DNA of 64,000 nucleotides from Marsupella aquatica (taxonomy: Eukaryota; Plantae; Marchantiophyta): contig OZ316895.1 in assembly GCA_973895155.1 (NCBI GenBank), positions 16,472,170 through 16,536,169 of the forward strand. Reading direction: 5' to 3'. Numbering within the stretch: position 1 is the first letter of the stretch; each line of letters begins with the position of its first letter. This document shows, one piece after another, positions 12,205 through 25,090 of the stretch. Made by a program: the position numbers and the translations under genes. The notes below the pieces were generated by a model. That model saw only the letters and a program-made list of their open reading frames with translations, had not been told where the DNA came from and made no database searches.

Positions 12205-12310
12205 CATCCCTTATGTGTGTGTGGCAGGGGGGGCGGGGGTGGAGGGGGGATTGAACCTTGAGACCTTTTTCAGGTCAAGGCTCATCCCCTAACCAACTTA
12301 CCTAAGCTTA
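12205..12310 (-). mobile_element. tRNA-derived SINE head
   Basis: On the minus strand, A-box-like TAGGTAAGTTGGTTAGG is followed by B-box GGTTCAATCC at tRNA-like spacing, then CACACACATAAGGG. No intact cloverleaf is seen. Confidence 0.55.
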
Positions 12311-14710
12311 AGAATCAGTTTCAGTGATAAGCGGTTGGTATATGGGGATTGTTGTTTAGCTTACACCACACTGCCAATGGACTAAAGGAGGCAAGATCAC
12401 AAAGAGACCTGACCCAATAATGGGTACAAAACAAAGGTTTAGTGTACAAGTTTTCTAAGAACTAAAATCTCCCATAAACAAAAAGGGGGGCTTTGGAGAC
12501 TTGGATGAAGACCTAAGAACTCAATGAATTGAGTCGGTGACACCAAATGAAAATACCCGAAGTCAAACTTTTGTAGCTAAACAAGAGCAAACTATTCTGA
12601 AATTTTTTTAAATAGTGTCAGGGGAGTATAGTTTAATAATTAGTTTGTGTGGGGCTGAATGTGTCCATTTAAGCAGCTAGTTAAACTTTTGTATCTAATT
12701 GGGTACCTCTTTTGTAATCCTGCTAATAGTGTTAAGGTTGTTCTGGAAGTATGATGCTAATAGTGTTAAGGTTGTTCTGGAAGTATGATTTCAGGTTTAG
12801 TATGTGGTCATTGTGTTTTTAATGATCCATCAGAGCGCCTTGTCAAACCATTGTTTCTATCTGGGATTTTCAAATGGACTTAAGGGATTCAAATTCAAAC
12901 GTGTCACATATTGTGTGTCACAATTGATTAGAGTTCATTATTTAAAACAGATAAATATGTTTTTACTATTAACTCCAAAAATACATACTTCATAGTCTTT
13001 CCTTTGCTACAAGGCAAATTTGATTTCCTAAAGCAAATTTCTATCCCCACTCACACTTTCCCTGCAAGAATGCGGCACGCAAAGGAAACACAATGCAAAT
13101 TAAGTATCCCTAATCACTGTTGCCACCCTTGTTTATTCACTCAGGTTGAATGCTAATGTCGAGGCTTGTGAGCCTCAAGCACTCGCTGCCCTCGAGCCAC
13201 TCTGTTTGCTGCCTGAGGGAACTGAGCTATGTTCATTTTATTCAAATTGTCAAAAGCTTTGTGTGCACCCTACTTCTAGGTTGGATTTGTGTCAAAAGAG
13301 TGAACACCTATAGCAGGATTTGACCTTTGTACCTAGCCTGCCCGATTCAACTGGTCTGGTTGACAGTGGGTTCCTGCCATTTTAGTATTTATTTCAATAT
13401 TAGGTTGGGCAATGGCCATTGCATAGCAGGCAGTGGCCCCTCTTATCTCACCGGCTAATAGCATTGATTAGTCTGCATATTGGCATTTGTCAAATGAATG
13501 ATGTTTGTTCTGGGTAATGGTTGATGCAAGAACAACACTGATTCCTCTGAGGTAAGCATTGTCTTCATTACCTTGCAAACTTCATTCTCCCGCTTCTATA
13601 GAGATAAATCTGCAAACATGGATCTAATATCAAAACCTCACCATAGAGTGGCCCCTATTTGAAGGCCAAGATATACACTCTGTAAGTGTACTAATTGTCT
13701 TAGCTCTCTCACCGGACTGTAGGTTTTTCTTTTCATCAAAGTGACAATGCACAAAATGTATTCAAAAGACCCTGCCACTAGAACTAAAGAGGGGCCGAGA
13801 AAAAAAGTCCTGGGGCAAAAAATGATGACAAGTGGACATCACAATGCTGCCCCCTGACCACCAAAACAGACTGTGGCTTTCACTACATGGTCATGGGTTT
13901 GTTACTCATAGTCGAGGCTACAGGTTTTCCTTCCAATTAAATGTTTTGTGCAAGGAGTTGACATTGAAGCCCACCTTCCCTTCCCTTCCCTTCCCTTCCA
14001 TAGTGAGACTTTGAGCTCTTCACCATGCCATGCACATACATCAATCATCATGTACCTTTCCTTCAAATGCAACGGGCATTTGCACCAGAATCAGACTTTG
14101 CACCCCGCTTTGCACTCAACTCAAGCGGTCGCTCTTTGGTTACCAGATTAATAGTTGAGTGGGAGATCAGAGGCGGTGCAGTCGTTGGAGAGAGCAACCT
14201 TACGTGATTGTGGTGCTTTCTGGAGAGCACTGTTTCAAGTTATCTCCTTTTTTCCACCTTCCCATCCTATTGAGTCCAAACAATGAAAGACGGGTTGCCC
14301 GACAATGATAGTCACCTTAGACAAAATTTGATGAGCTGGGCTGTTCAATTTCACCAGCAAGCACAGCCAATTTCCAGTTCACCACCATTTGGGGGGTGCT
14401 GCTGAGTGAATCCAACAACCATAGCTCTCCATTTGGGTTGTTTTTTTAAACAATCTCCACTTTTGATGGAGCATTTTAAAATTCGATGGAGCCTCATGAT
14501 CTGAACGAGTTTCCTCAAAAAGCAAATGATTTGCATAGTCATTTGTTTCACTAACATCTGTGCATTGGAATGCATAAAGCATTGGATCTCTTGTCATGAT
14601 GCTCATAATCTGGCAACAAGAAGTGAAATCTTGTACCTAAGGGTAATTTGGTTTGGATGATTTTAGTCAACTATCTCACTGACACTAGAGATACCGAGTA
14701 AAGAACTGCA

Positions 14711-16026
14711 ATGCCTGCTTGCGGTCACTGCTCGCAGATCATAAGCTGTAAAACATGCGCTGAACAACACTTGCCTGTCTTTTCGGTGCCGAGAGAGAGA
14801 GTGCAAAGCATTGATGCCTGCTTTGATTGCTCAGAAAAACTGAAGCGTAATCTGAAGGAGAAGACCAAGTCTGTAAACGAATTAAAGAGGAAAGTGATGT
14901 GTTTGGAGAAGGAACTTCTGTTCATTAGGAGAGTCTATCCGGAACCAGGAAGTGAGAGGTTCAAAGGAGATGTCTCATTTATCGTCCAAGGATCCTCTAC
15001 AGAACCTGAAATTTCCATCCAAGCTCATCAATTTGTTTTAGTAAGCAATTAAACTAGCTCTTGATGTCACTCTTGAGGTGTACCAACTCACATGGTTGTT
15101 AATATAAATTGAATCCTTGTTCAAGTCTCATCCCATTGACACAACCTTTGCTTCAACTTACAATTATTGGAATGATGGTACAACAAGAAAAGTCTGTCTT
15201 AACTTGGGATATTCAGAATTTCCAGCAATCTGAACTGTAGAATAACATAGATTTGTGGGTGATGTCTCACCCTATGTACTCACAACCTTCTCAATAATTA
15301 AATTAGAGTTCAGACAACAAATTGTGTTGGTGTCTCATTCGACCTATTTACACACTCAACTCCTTAACTTTCTGAAACATGCAGTGAGATGAAATCTTTG
15401 CTAGCATCTTATACTATTTACACATGTCTTTTTGACATGCTGAACTATTGTAGTATGAGAGTGAAGTTATGTCTTGCATCACATGCTATTCACAAACACA
15501 TAGTTGCAACAACTGGAATGGTGTATCATAATGAAATGAGTGCTTGCGTCTCTCATTATTAATAGGCATCGTTTTAAGATTGGAATGCCTTTAGGAACAA
15601 AGATGAAAGCTTAACCACAGGTGTGCCTTGTCATCTTCTGCATGAATGCAGGCAAGCAAGTCTCCAATCTTTCGCAACATCTTTGACCCTGGCTTGCACG
15701 AAAACTTACCAGCCACAATCCATGTTTATGACACCTCGCCTGCAGTCCTTCGCGCAATGATCAACTTCTGCTACACCGCAGAGATCAGCTACAATGATAA
15801 AGTCACGCCGGAAGACGTGTTGCATGTTGCACACAAGTACGGCATTCAAGAACTAAAGGCCAATGCTGAAACATTTCTTGTGCAAGGCATAACACAAGAC
15901 AATCTAGTGGACACAATTAAAATTTCTCACAAGCTCAACTCTGCAGTTGTGAAGGAGGCTGCACTGAAATTCTTCGAGAGTCACTTTGCAGATGTTAAAT
16001 CTTTTGTCATTGATTCCTTAGTGTAG
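14711..16026 (+). CDS. BTB/POZ domain protein with Cys-rich N-terminus and coiled coil (At4g08455-like architecture)
   Basis: Exon 1 is 14711-15040 (donor GTAAGC) and exon 2 is 15652-16026 (acceptor atgcag). The joined sequence gives BTB motifs GDVSF...IQAHQFVL|ASKSPIFRNIF...LRAMINFCYTAE...LHVAHKYGIQELK, followed by a BACK-like helix region. Confidence 0.92.
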
Positions 16027-18079
16027 AACAATTAGCTATTCCCCTCTTCTCCCTTCTGGAGGCATGACAAGATATTGAAGAAATTATTTTCTCTGTCGCC
16101 TTAATTTCTCACCTAGAAAATACTAAGGAGACGGAAAATTTAGTGTTCTCAGGGGCATAGCATTATCACCATTCTTCCCCTAGAACTGCTTAAAGGAATG
16201 AAACAAGTCAACACCATCAATTTGTTTGATGAAAAATTCAGTACTTTGGGAGACACCTCATAGGCAACATGAAATGTTTTAGAGTCTCCATTTTGCAGAT
16301 CACTAGTGCTTAGAAAGGAGATTTATGATCCACCCTTCAAGTTCCAACCATTGTATCTTGACCAGCTTTGCCTATAAGTAATTTCCAAGAATTGCCAGTT
16401 GATCAAAATTGCTGACAAGACACAATTCATTGATTGGATGAATGAACTTCTCAAGAATTGTGAGTTGAATGTTTTTTGCAAGAGAGAATTCATTGTTTGG
16501 CAAAAGATGATTGCACTACACATTCAATGTTCAGACTAAGACTGTTAGTATGACCACTATTGGCTTCAGTAGCATTCACTGTAGCTGTGAATGATATTTT
16601 CACTGTTATAGCCATAGCCACAATGTCATCATTTGGAGTGATCAGTCAGGTGCAGTCCAGTAACTACAATTTAGTAGCCTGTCTGCGGAAGCTTTGCCCA
16701 GGGCTGTGGTTACTTTTCCCACCTGTTTCCTCACCCCAAAACTTGCCACCACCCAGAGTCATGGTCTAGAGGCTTCACTTGAGACCATTGGCTCCACAGT
16801 GTAGGTTTCTATCACCAATTACTAGCTAGAATTTTGTGATAAATTTCTTTGGGAGGCCTCAAATAAAGTTTGGTGACAACCATGGAAGCTTTTGCCAGTA
16901 CTATAAAACAAAATAAGAACCTATTCCAGCAAGGGATCTAGGATATTAAATTGTTTGTCTGTGTGTCTATTCATCCGCAAGGCACAAGCATAGTTTGTGT
17001 ATGCATTCAAAAGCAGAAAAGCGAGCAGAAAAGTAGGGGGTGTCTATCTATTTGCATGGGATATGCAAGGGCAACACTCAAAGTGCAATGCTTTCTCTAT
17101 TATTTAATTTTATTTGTGCCAAAGCCCATCATCTCATTGCTTAGAGCTTGCTCTGCAACTTAGTTCTATTTGCTGGTTGTGCCACTAATGTAATTGTCCA
17201 GTCCAATGGAGAACATCTACAAAAGAGTGTGGGAACGTATTAGCTGTGAGGGTTTCCCAATTTATTTCTTTCGACAGAGGCTTTAATCGTGAAAGAGAAC
17301 AAGTCAGGCTATGGAAGGATCACATCGAGAGAAGTAATTCTTCTTACTTAGTTGATGTTCCCATTTCAAGTGGATTTCAAATTAAAACTCTCTGCTTTTG
17401 GCTCTTAGAACTGGTTCAATTGCCGTCTCACATATGACAAGGCAATCACAAAAACATCAGCATTCAAATAATGGCTGCAAGTCAATTTTCACTTGCAGCT
17501 CACTATGTATGATTTCTATCTTTCCATATAACTTTGATATGATTATACTATAGGAGAATGTTTCACAGTTTCTATCTATCAAGTAAATTATCAAGATCTG
17601 AGGATGATTTGTCATATAGTGGGCCCGTGGACAAACTGAGTAGAACACAATGATAATTAGTTGAATGATCACCACATTGCAACAATGGTCACATAGAAGC
17701 ATCAAATGATATGACCCATAGAATGATGTTGCTCAATTATTGCAACGACAAATCACAAGGGAGGTAGATATTACTCAACCAACTGAATGATAGAGAATTC
17801 TATTTCATGTTGGCAAAATAATGAACAGGACAACAAGAAATATTAGGTTTGACAGTGCATTAAGAAACTAGTCTCTATTGACACCAAATTTTGCATAAAG
17901 AAAGCAGCCCAAAATTACTAAAAAGTTAACAGCATGTCTATAACCTGATTGTTCTCCACTTATGCTGCAATGAACAAATTTGCTTGTACTTTGCAAAAAT
18001 TAATCATGAGGGTGTGCCTGAAAGCAAGGGTACTTTTTACCAGGTCTGGGTGGGCCTAGCATCAATAAGTAAGTGATTT

Positions 18080-20250
18080 TAAAAATGGGATGTCAAGGTC
18101 TAGAAATAGATGGGGGATGCCCACAGGATACTATGAAGGTAGGTCACAGAGTGTAGTGCTCTCAACCAATAAGAGCTGGTAAACCAGTATAAAATAACCT
18201 CTAGCCTAGTATATATCACACCATATAAATATATTACTCTGCGAACAAACAAAAGGCGGCCAACTGGGAGACATGATCCCACAAGCAAGAGGCCCGATAA
18301 AGGGGGAGCCCCAGGACGGCCAAAGAGCAAAAAATCTTGAGGAATCCTGGCAAAAGTCCAACTCCACCTTAACTGATACACCTGAGGTTCTCACTATGAC
18401 CACCACCTCCTAAGCATGCAGGAGTCAGGCATGTTTGCACCTTGTTGGGGTGCTTATGCACACCAAATAGATATGGTGTGAAACTTGTGAGAGCTGGGCT
18501 GAGAGCAAAGAAATAAAATAAAATTTGCTCCTCCTACCAGGTGCCTGAAACACAGCATCCCAACCAGATTCCCCAAACCACTTTTAGATCCAAGAAGCCT
18601 TAACTGTATAATTATGATCCTTAGCTCAAGAGTTTGCAAAGCAATTGTAACAATAGACAGATGAAAAAACAGATGGTGAATTGTCTCCAGCAACCACTGC
18701 ACAACTTACACTCCCCAGTCCCTTTACCCGTCTTCAGACCTCTGACCCCAATGAAATTTTTTTGTGTTGTCCCTAAAAAAACAGGCTATTGCCTTTTTTT
18801 TAGGGACAGATGAGACAGATCAGTGATCCACAAATGTCTCAAAAAATGGTTCCATTTCAGCCAATATTCCAGCTCAGATTTCCTACTCTCCAGACCTAGT
18901 TCATCATGTGAACTACAAGCCCCTCTGGTCTTAGCAACTGATATTACCTAGCATTCTCAAATTTGAACACCTTCAATGGTGCAGGTAGATACTCCCATCT
19001 CCACTGCCTAGCAGCCAAACCAAAACAACCCACAAGGTCAGAGTGGCCAGCTGCCAATAAGAAGGCACTAAAGACATTCCTATGATAATTAGACATATGT
19101 CTACAACACTCAAGCTTTTCAGGCAAGTTCTTCCATACCTGCTTATCAACAGACCAAAGATCCTTAAGTGACCTAACCGGGGACCTGACACCCAACTTCC
19201 CACAGTTCTCAGGAATCTACACAATCTCCTTGTTCCTCGGCCAGTGAAAGCCCTACTTTGCATACTATGTTAAATCCCCAAGTGACCAGGAAAATATGTA
19301 CTCTCAGGGACAAGTGTTGGAGGCACCCTAAAAGTTTCCCAGGCCTTCCAGAGTATAGCCATGTGTTCTTATGTCCTTGTTATTTTTCCAGCCTACTAAC
19401 CACAAGTTCCCTCCAGCAGACAAGCCCACTCAAAATTTGAAGTATCCCACTCACAGGCAAGGCATCAAAATGACTTTTTTTAAGTCCTTAAGGCCCAGCC
19501 CTGTCACCATTGTGGGAAGTGCCAGTGTTTCCCAAGCCACTAGAAGCACTTCCTGCTCCCTGGTAGATTGTATTCCCATAAAATTCCATAGTTAGAGCTA
19601 TCAATCTATTTGCAAAAACCTTTAACTACTTGAAAAACATCATATGTGATAATGAGAATAGCTTAAAGCACATGTTTAACTAAAGTGGTGGACCCTGTTA
19701 ATGATAAAAACTTAGTAGCCCATGACAGTAAACATGCAATCTAGAACTGATGCAGCTGCTCTGTCCATTGCTTACTAGGATCCCAATTGGTGCCCAGAAA
19801 TACTTCTACACCTGACCTTTTCAACTGATGAGACAATCAGAAGTCTTCAGCCATTCAGGTATCACCTCCATAGCCTGCACAAATAATATAGTAACATCCA
19901 TTTTATTGAGTAGTGTGGGCCACAATGACCTAAAAAAGTAGGGCTCTAGCTCTAGTTGGGAGGGACTATTATCGCCCACAATGCCCTGGTAACAGACATT
20001 AATACATTTACAGGTCAAATCTATTTCTAATCTGTACTCTTTTTAGTAAAAATAGAGGAAAGTTTGATTGTATTCCTATCCAAATCTTGACTGCTTTCTT
20101 CTTGATAAACGCACTGAAATCTACAAGAGAAGAATCAAGAAGGGCACTAAGACAACAGATTTCTGCAAGTTTAGCTTTGGGGGCCCATAGCTTATCCCGT
20201 AGGCTCACCGCCCACAATGCATTTCATGATTTTTCTCTTTATAATTTTCA
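18080..20250 (-). mobile_element. Degenerate L1-type LINE fragment (ORF2 C-terminal part plus 3' UTR)
   Basis: Minus-strand remnants: LSLTGSTTLVKHVL (~19700), VAWETLALPTMVTGLGLKD (~19540-19485, the L1 'VAW..LP...GGLGLKD' motif) and LETIHHLFF (zf-RVT-like, ~18690). Many stops and frameshifts. Confidence 0.8.
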
Positions 20251-21434
20251 GGGCATCTTTGTGAAAAGAATGTGCAGTCAAGATTTGGAGAGCTCAATCT
20301 CAAAATTCTCTTCTACTTTTACAAAAATGAATAAAAATAAAACTCTATGAGGCCTTTGTTGCCAGGGCGTCATGGGCACTACCTAGTAGTCCCTCGAAAC
20401 TCGAGCTAAAGCCCTCGTTCTTCTGCGCGGCATGGGCCCACAATGCCCTAAAAACAGGACGTTACTATATCACGTTGGAAATCGAGTTGGGAACTGGGGG
20501 GCTTGAGTGGGGCCGGGTAGGGGAAATGCGCTCGAGAAGGGGGCGGCAGGAGTGCTGTCCGATTCAGTGGATCGACGGCGCAGCAGCAAGAATGCTCCTC
20601 GCAGAAGCATAGTGGCGGGAAGGCAATGCGGCCCGCTAGGTCCTGCACTGTCCTGTACTGTGGTACTTCGTACGTGTTGTTCAACGATACGTGGTTTGGT
20701 GAGAAGTCACGGTATCGAGACTGCAGTTTTCAGCGACAAAGTTTACTTTAAGAGTCAGTTTTTTTTTTCAATTTCACCAGGTTGATATGGTACCCTACTA
20801 CGACTGCAGTCCGTATGTCACAGTGCGGACGGGGTCTGACAGTCAGACAGCAGATGACACCCTGGCTCCCATGTTTTCTGGATTGGGCCGAGATATGATT
20901 TCGCTTATTGGGATTTTACTTGTTAAGCAAATTTCGTGTGGAGGCAAAAAACAAAGGGGATCGATTGATCGAGAGAGCGAGCGAGCGAGCTATCCTTGTA
21001 GTCGGAATTGGTGGGCAGAGTGATGAGTGTCGAGACAGAGGATTGAGAGAGCGAGCAATGGAGAGAGGGAAGTGTGAATGAAAGTGTAGTGTGTGCATTG
21101 GTAGCTCTCTTTTCCGCCTGCTTGCCAGCCCCATCAATCAATTTCTTCGATGACAAGATCTCTCTCTGGTGTGCAGTTGAGCTGTCTTGTCTGCTGTTCT
21201 CTTCTCCCCTTGCGTCTTTCTCAGTGAGGCAGACTCTTCTCTTCGCTTTCTCTGGGTGTCGTGAGTTTGTTTCTCAGAGCTGGAGAGCTCCGGAATCGGC
21301 GAGAGGAAGGGAGTCGAGTGATTTCTCTTGGACTGGCGGAGCGGAAGATTGCTGATGTCGAGTGCGCTCAAGTCGTGAGAGCTGGAGGGTTTTGCAATTG
21401 CCGCAATTGGGCGTGACGCAGCGGAAGCACAGCC

Positions 21435-23524
21435 ATGGTGAGTGAGCTTTGTCACTTTTATGGTGCGTCAGAGTGTATGTAGTGGCCAATTGGTGTGCGA
21501 TTCAGTGACTTGAGGAATTGAGGATTTGGAGCCAAATTTACTCAGTGTGGGGAGGAATTGTGGAATGCGGCGATACTTCTCTCGGTGTAGGAGTGAATTG
21601 TATGTCATCTTACTGGTTCGGGTCTGCTAATGTAGTGGCTACTCCAAATTGAGTCCGCCAAGAAGCTCAGGGGGTGTGGCAGTGTTCTTCGGGGATGATT
21701 AGCTCTGAGCGAGGTGATGAGGTGGTTCGGTGGACTGCATTTCGAGTTAAACCTTTCGAAATTGGCTTGGAGTGTCCCAGCGTTGAGCATTGTAATGTAA
21801 TCAAGTGCAATTCAGCTCATTAGTGGACATTCCATTGAAAATGATTTGAAATTATGTGCCATGCAGGTAGGATACGCTCTCTCAGCACTGCCTCAGAAAC
21901 CAGCATGGCTGGCGGCCTTGCTCAATGAGAAATTCTTCGTTTCATGTGCTAAGCATGTCACTCTGAAGAAGAACGAGAGGAACATATTCTGCGTCGATTG
22001 CAGTGACAGCATCTGCCAGCACTGCCATCCCACACATCGAAGTCATCGTCTCTTGCAGGTATATTATTTGAGCTCGGTGCTGTTCTCAATTCATAGTTTG
22101 CTGTCATATAGTTAGTTGATGCGCGGGGCATTGCAATTGGAATGCCGTCGTGCAAGCACACCTGTTTGCTTGCCGCTTGTCATCAATTGCCCTTACTTGG
22201 GCTGGTTTAAATGCTCCACGGCCTTGACGCGCGCTTCATTCTCATTGTTGTAGTTCGGTGGATAGTTCTTGTGCTTCTTGACAAGCATCTTGTGCCCTCA
22301 TATTGTGGGGAAGCCTTCGAGAGTTCCCACTTGTTGGCCACCTTGGCAATGTGCTCCGACTGATTTCGATTGATGTTGAGAGCCCCAATTGGCGGAGACA
22401 TCTATGATGTTGGACGTACAATCACTCACGCACAGGTGCGCTCCGATCCTTCGGAACTAATTTGCCGATGTTTCTGGCTCCACAGATTCGGCGATATGTG
22501 TATCACGATGTCATTCGCCTACTCGATGTCCAAAAGCTGGTCGACTGCTCCCAAGTGCAGGTACCTGAGCTTCGGTGTACTATACTTGTTTCCGAGGGTG
22601 GGAGTTTAGTGCATCATAAACGGTCACTCAAGTTGTGAGCGCATATTCTTAGGAACATTTGACTCTGCTCAAGTTTTACCCCGGCATTTGTTCTTGCCCC
22701 CCAATCCGAACGCAATTTGGCAGTGTGGTACCCCTATCAGGCATGTCTATCCTCTGGAGACACCCTTTACGAAACCCTCTGGTCTAGTCGTCACTAGTTC
22801 CCCCTCCAATTGCACTTCCAACTCTCCGCCAAATTGCCATGTTTTGAACGATTGTTGAGCTGAGACTCATCCTGATTTCGATTTTGCAGACATACATAAT
22901 CAACAGCGCGCGGGTTGTCTTCTTGAATCAACGCCCACAACCACGCCCGTCGAAAGGTCTTGGCAATGCGTGCGAAACTTGTGAAAGGAGTCTTCAAGAC
23001 ACATATCGATACTGCTCCGTAGCTTGCAAGGTACTGCATTTCATGCACTGGCCCTGGATTGCGGTTATGGCCTCTCCCAGCGAGACTTGCGTAATTCCCG
23101 TTGGTCTCAGTAATCGGAGTTGCATTTTCCACACAATGTCGCTCATAGTATTGGTATCGTCTTGCAGGTCGATGCATTTATTGATCAAGAGAAGGATTTC
23201 ATGTGTCTCCTCCCGCGGTGTAGTAGCTTGCCATCTATTGAGAGTTGCTCGCCATCGGAGAGCTTGAAGGGCGGGAAGCTGGATCTAGGGGGTGAGATGT
23301 CTCCGACCTCCGTCTTGAGTGATCCTCCAACGCGGACTTTGTCATATTCGTCGGGAAGCGAGGGTGTCGGATGCGGCACAGTGACCTCCACAGCGACTAC
23401 ACTTCCCCCGCCCAAGAAGCACAGAAGTAGTAGACCGTCGGCCATGGTGTCGTCACCGAAGACCGTCATTTTGCCTACAGTTAACAGGAGGAAAGGCACG
23501 CCACATAGATCTCCATTTTGTTGA
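21435..23524 (+). CDS. PLATZ transcription factor
   Basis: Exons: 21435-21437 (ATG only, donor GTGAGT), 21867-22058, 22486-22560, 22890-23030, 23168-23524. Motifs are [41 protein letters not shown]|[14 protein letters not shown]|[37 protein letters not shown] and C-terminal [10 protein letters not shown]. The first exon is inferred. Confidence 0.95.
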
Positions 23525-24726
23525 GGTCTGGTGTGCGAATGAGACAAACAAACGAATCCTGACCGCTTCCGAGTAGTTCTGGCGATGCTCTCTACTCTCG
23601 AGAGGTGTCATGAAACGTCAGGAGTAAATTATATTCAATTCAAATTTTGTAGGCGATGAGGTTGATCTGGGTGCATCGATGATCTCTCAGACAGCAGTTC
23701 CGGGCCCTCCCCTCTTCACTTACTGGTCATCGAGGATCTTGTGCCATCCCGGCAATCAGTTTTTGATATGTAGGCTTAGAGATGCAGCAGGTTCCTCATT
23801 CTTTTGGGGAGCTTCTCAGTTTTGATCTCCCAAGGCCGTTTTTCATGGAGTTGGTCTTTGGAGTCGCGCAAGGGGTTTTTTGATAGTTCTCATTCCGAGA
23901 TCATTAGACAGACATGTATCAATGTGGGGTGCTGAGCCCAGTTTTGAAAGTCTTCCGAGAGCAGAATCGTCGAGACTTGGTCGGCATTGCTGAGCTGAGC
24001 AGGCGCACTCAGTTCAACCCGGGAGCTGAACTTGAATGACCAACTGTGAAGAAGAGAGAGGAGCGAGAGATAGATAGAGAGAAGTGAGAGAGGTCCCAAG
24101 TTTTTGCCATGTTATTTGAAGCCAGAGTTTATTATACTGTATCAAGAAGCTTGGGACAGGCATCGTAAAGTATTGTCGTCCTGCTCAGGGTGTGTATAAC
24201 AGAATAAACTCAGCTTTGCCGATTTTGATGAAAGATGTCATTGCCTGTGATCATTCTCGTTGGAGATCGGAAATATATGAGATGCAAATCGCAGATTGTG
24301 ATGCAGACGTTTGTTCCAATGTACCGTAGAGATAGCTCACAGCGGACGAGTCATTTTCCAATTTTCATTGTTGTGTCGATAAAACTTCGCGGCAATGCGT
24401 AACTGACGCAACTTGTCGAGATCAATGTTTCATTGTGTGGAGGTGAAGCTGATTGGTTTCGATGTACTAAATGAAAGCGGTGCACAAAATTGACAGCTTG
24501 TTCAAGTGCACCTTGTCTCAGTCTAGTTGCAAGCCCTTGTATTGGTCGTGATTTTGCCATTGCTGGTATGGATCACGCACCTCATGCCGAGTACTTCGTT
24601 GAGATAGACGATCTATAGTAGCGACATCGTTGTCCCAGGAAGTCCCAGGAAGTCCCAGGAATTCTAATCGGAGGCTTGTCCTCGGTATTTGTTTTACTGG
24701 CATCACACTCGACCGCTGGGCCGCTG

Positions 24727-25090
24727 GGGTCCTCTTCTGGGTAGAACTTTCATCTTGCGGAGTCTGTGTGTCGCGTCCTTATTTGGTCTCGATACCGCTT
24801 CCATAGTAGCTGTCACGGGTATGGATTCCAACAGTGGGATGAATTACACTGGACTGGTGGGGTCTCCTGTTTTGAATCTGTTTGTCCCGTCATTATTTTG
24901 GTCTCGACACCGCATACATCGTAGCTCTCCCAGGTGTGGATTCCAAGAGCGGGACTCATTCTATGGTCGGAAACTCGGAATACCGCATCCATCGCAGCTG
25001 TCCCGGTATGGATTCCAAGAGCCGGAATGAAGAATTGCAGAAATCATTCGTAGCTTTCCCGGGTATGGATTCCAGAGCGGGATGATTACT
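24727..25090. repeat. Degenerate tandem repeat, 4 progressively truncated units
   Basis: Core GTAGCT(G/C/T)TCCCGGGTATGGATTCCAAGAGCGGGATGA at ~24806, 24921, 24995 and 25050. The first two units also share TGGGGTC...TTTGGTCTCGA(T/C)ACCGC. Confidence 0.8.

Noticed and set aside
12205-12310. Possible tRNA gene (also at 55789-55855)
   Set aside because: A/B-box-like motifs are present, but there is no acceptor stem or anticodon arm. Treated as SINE heads.
16560-16640. Minus-strand ATGATGA...CTGA resembling a C/D box snoRNA
   Set aside because: No convincing terminal stem or C'/D' boxes, and no rRNA complementarity that I can verify.
21662-21712. AAGCTCAGG resembling the 5' end of miR390 in PLATZ intron 1
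   Set aside because: Only the first 9 nt match contiguously, and the putative star arm pairs over only a few bases.
24800-25090. Repeat-spacer pattern resembling a mini CRISPR array
   Set aside because: The spacers are related to each other and shrink progressively, which indicates a decayed tandem duplication.
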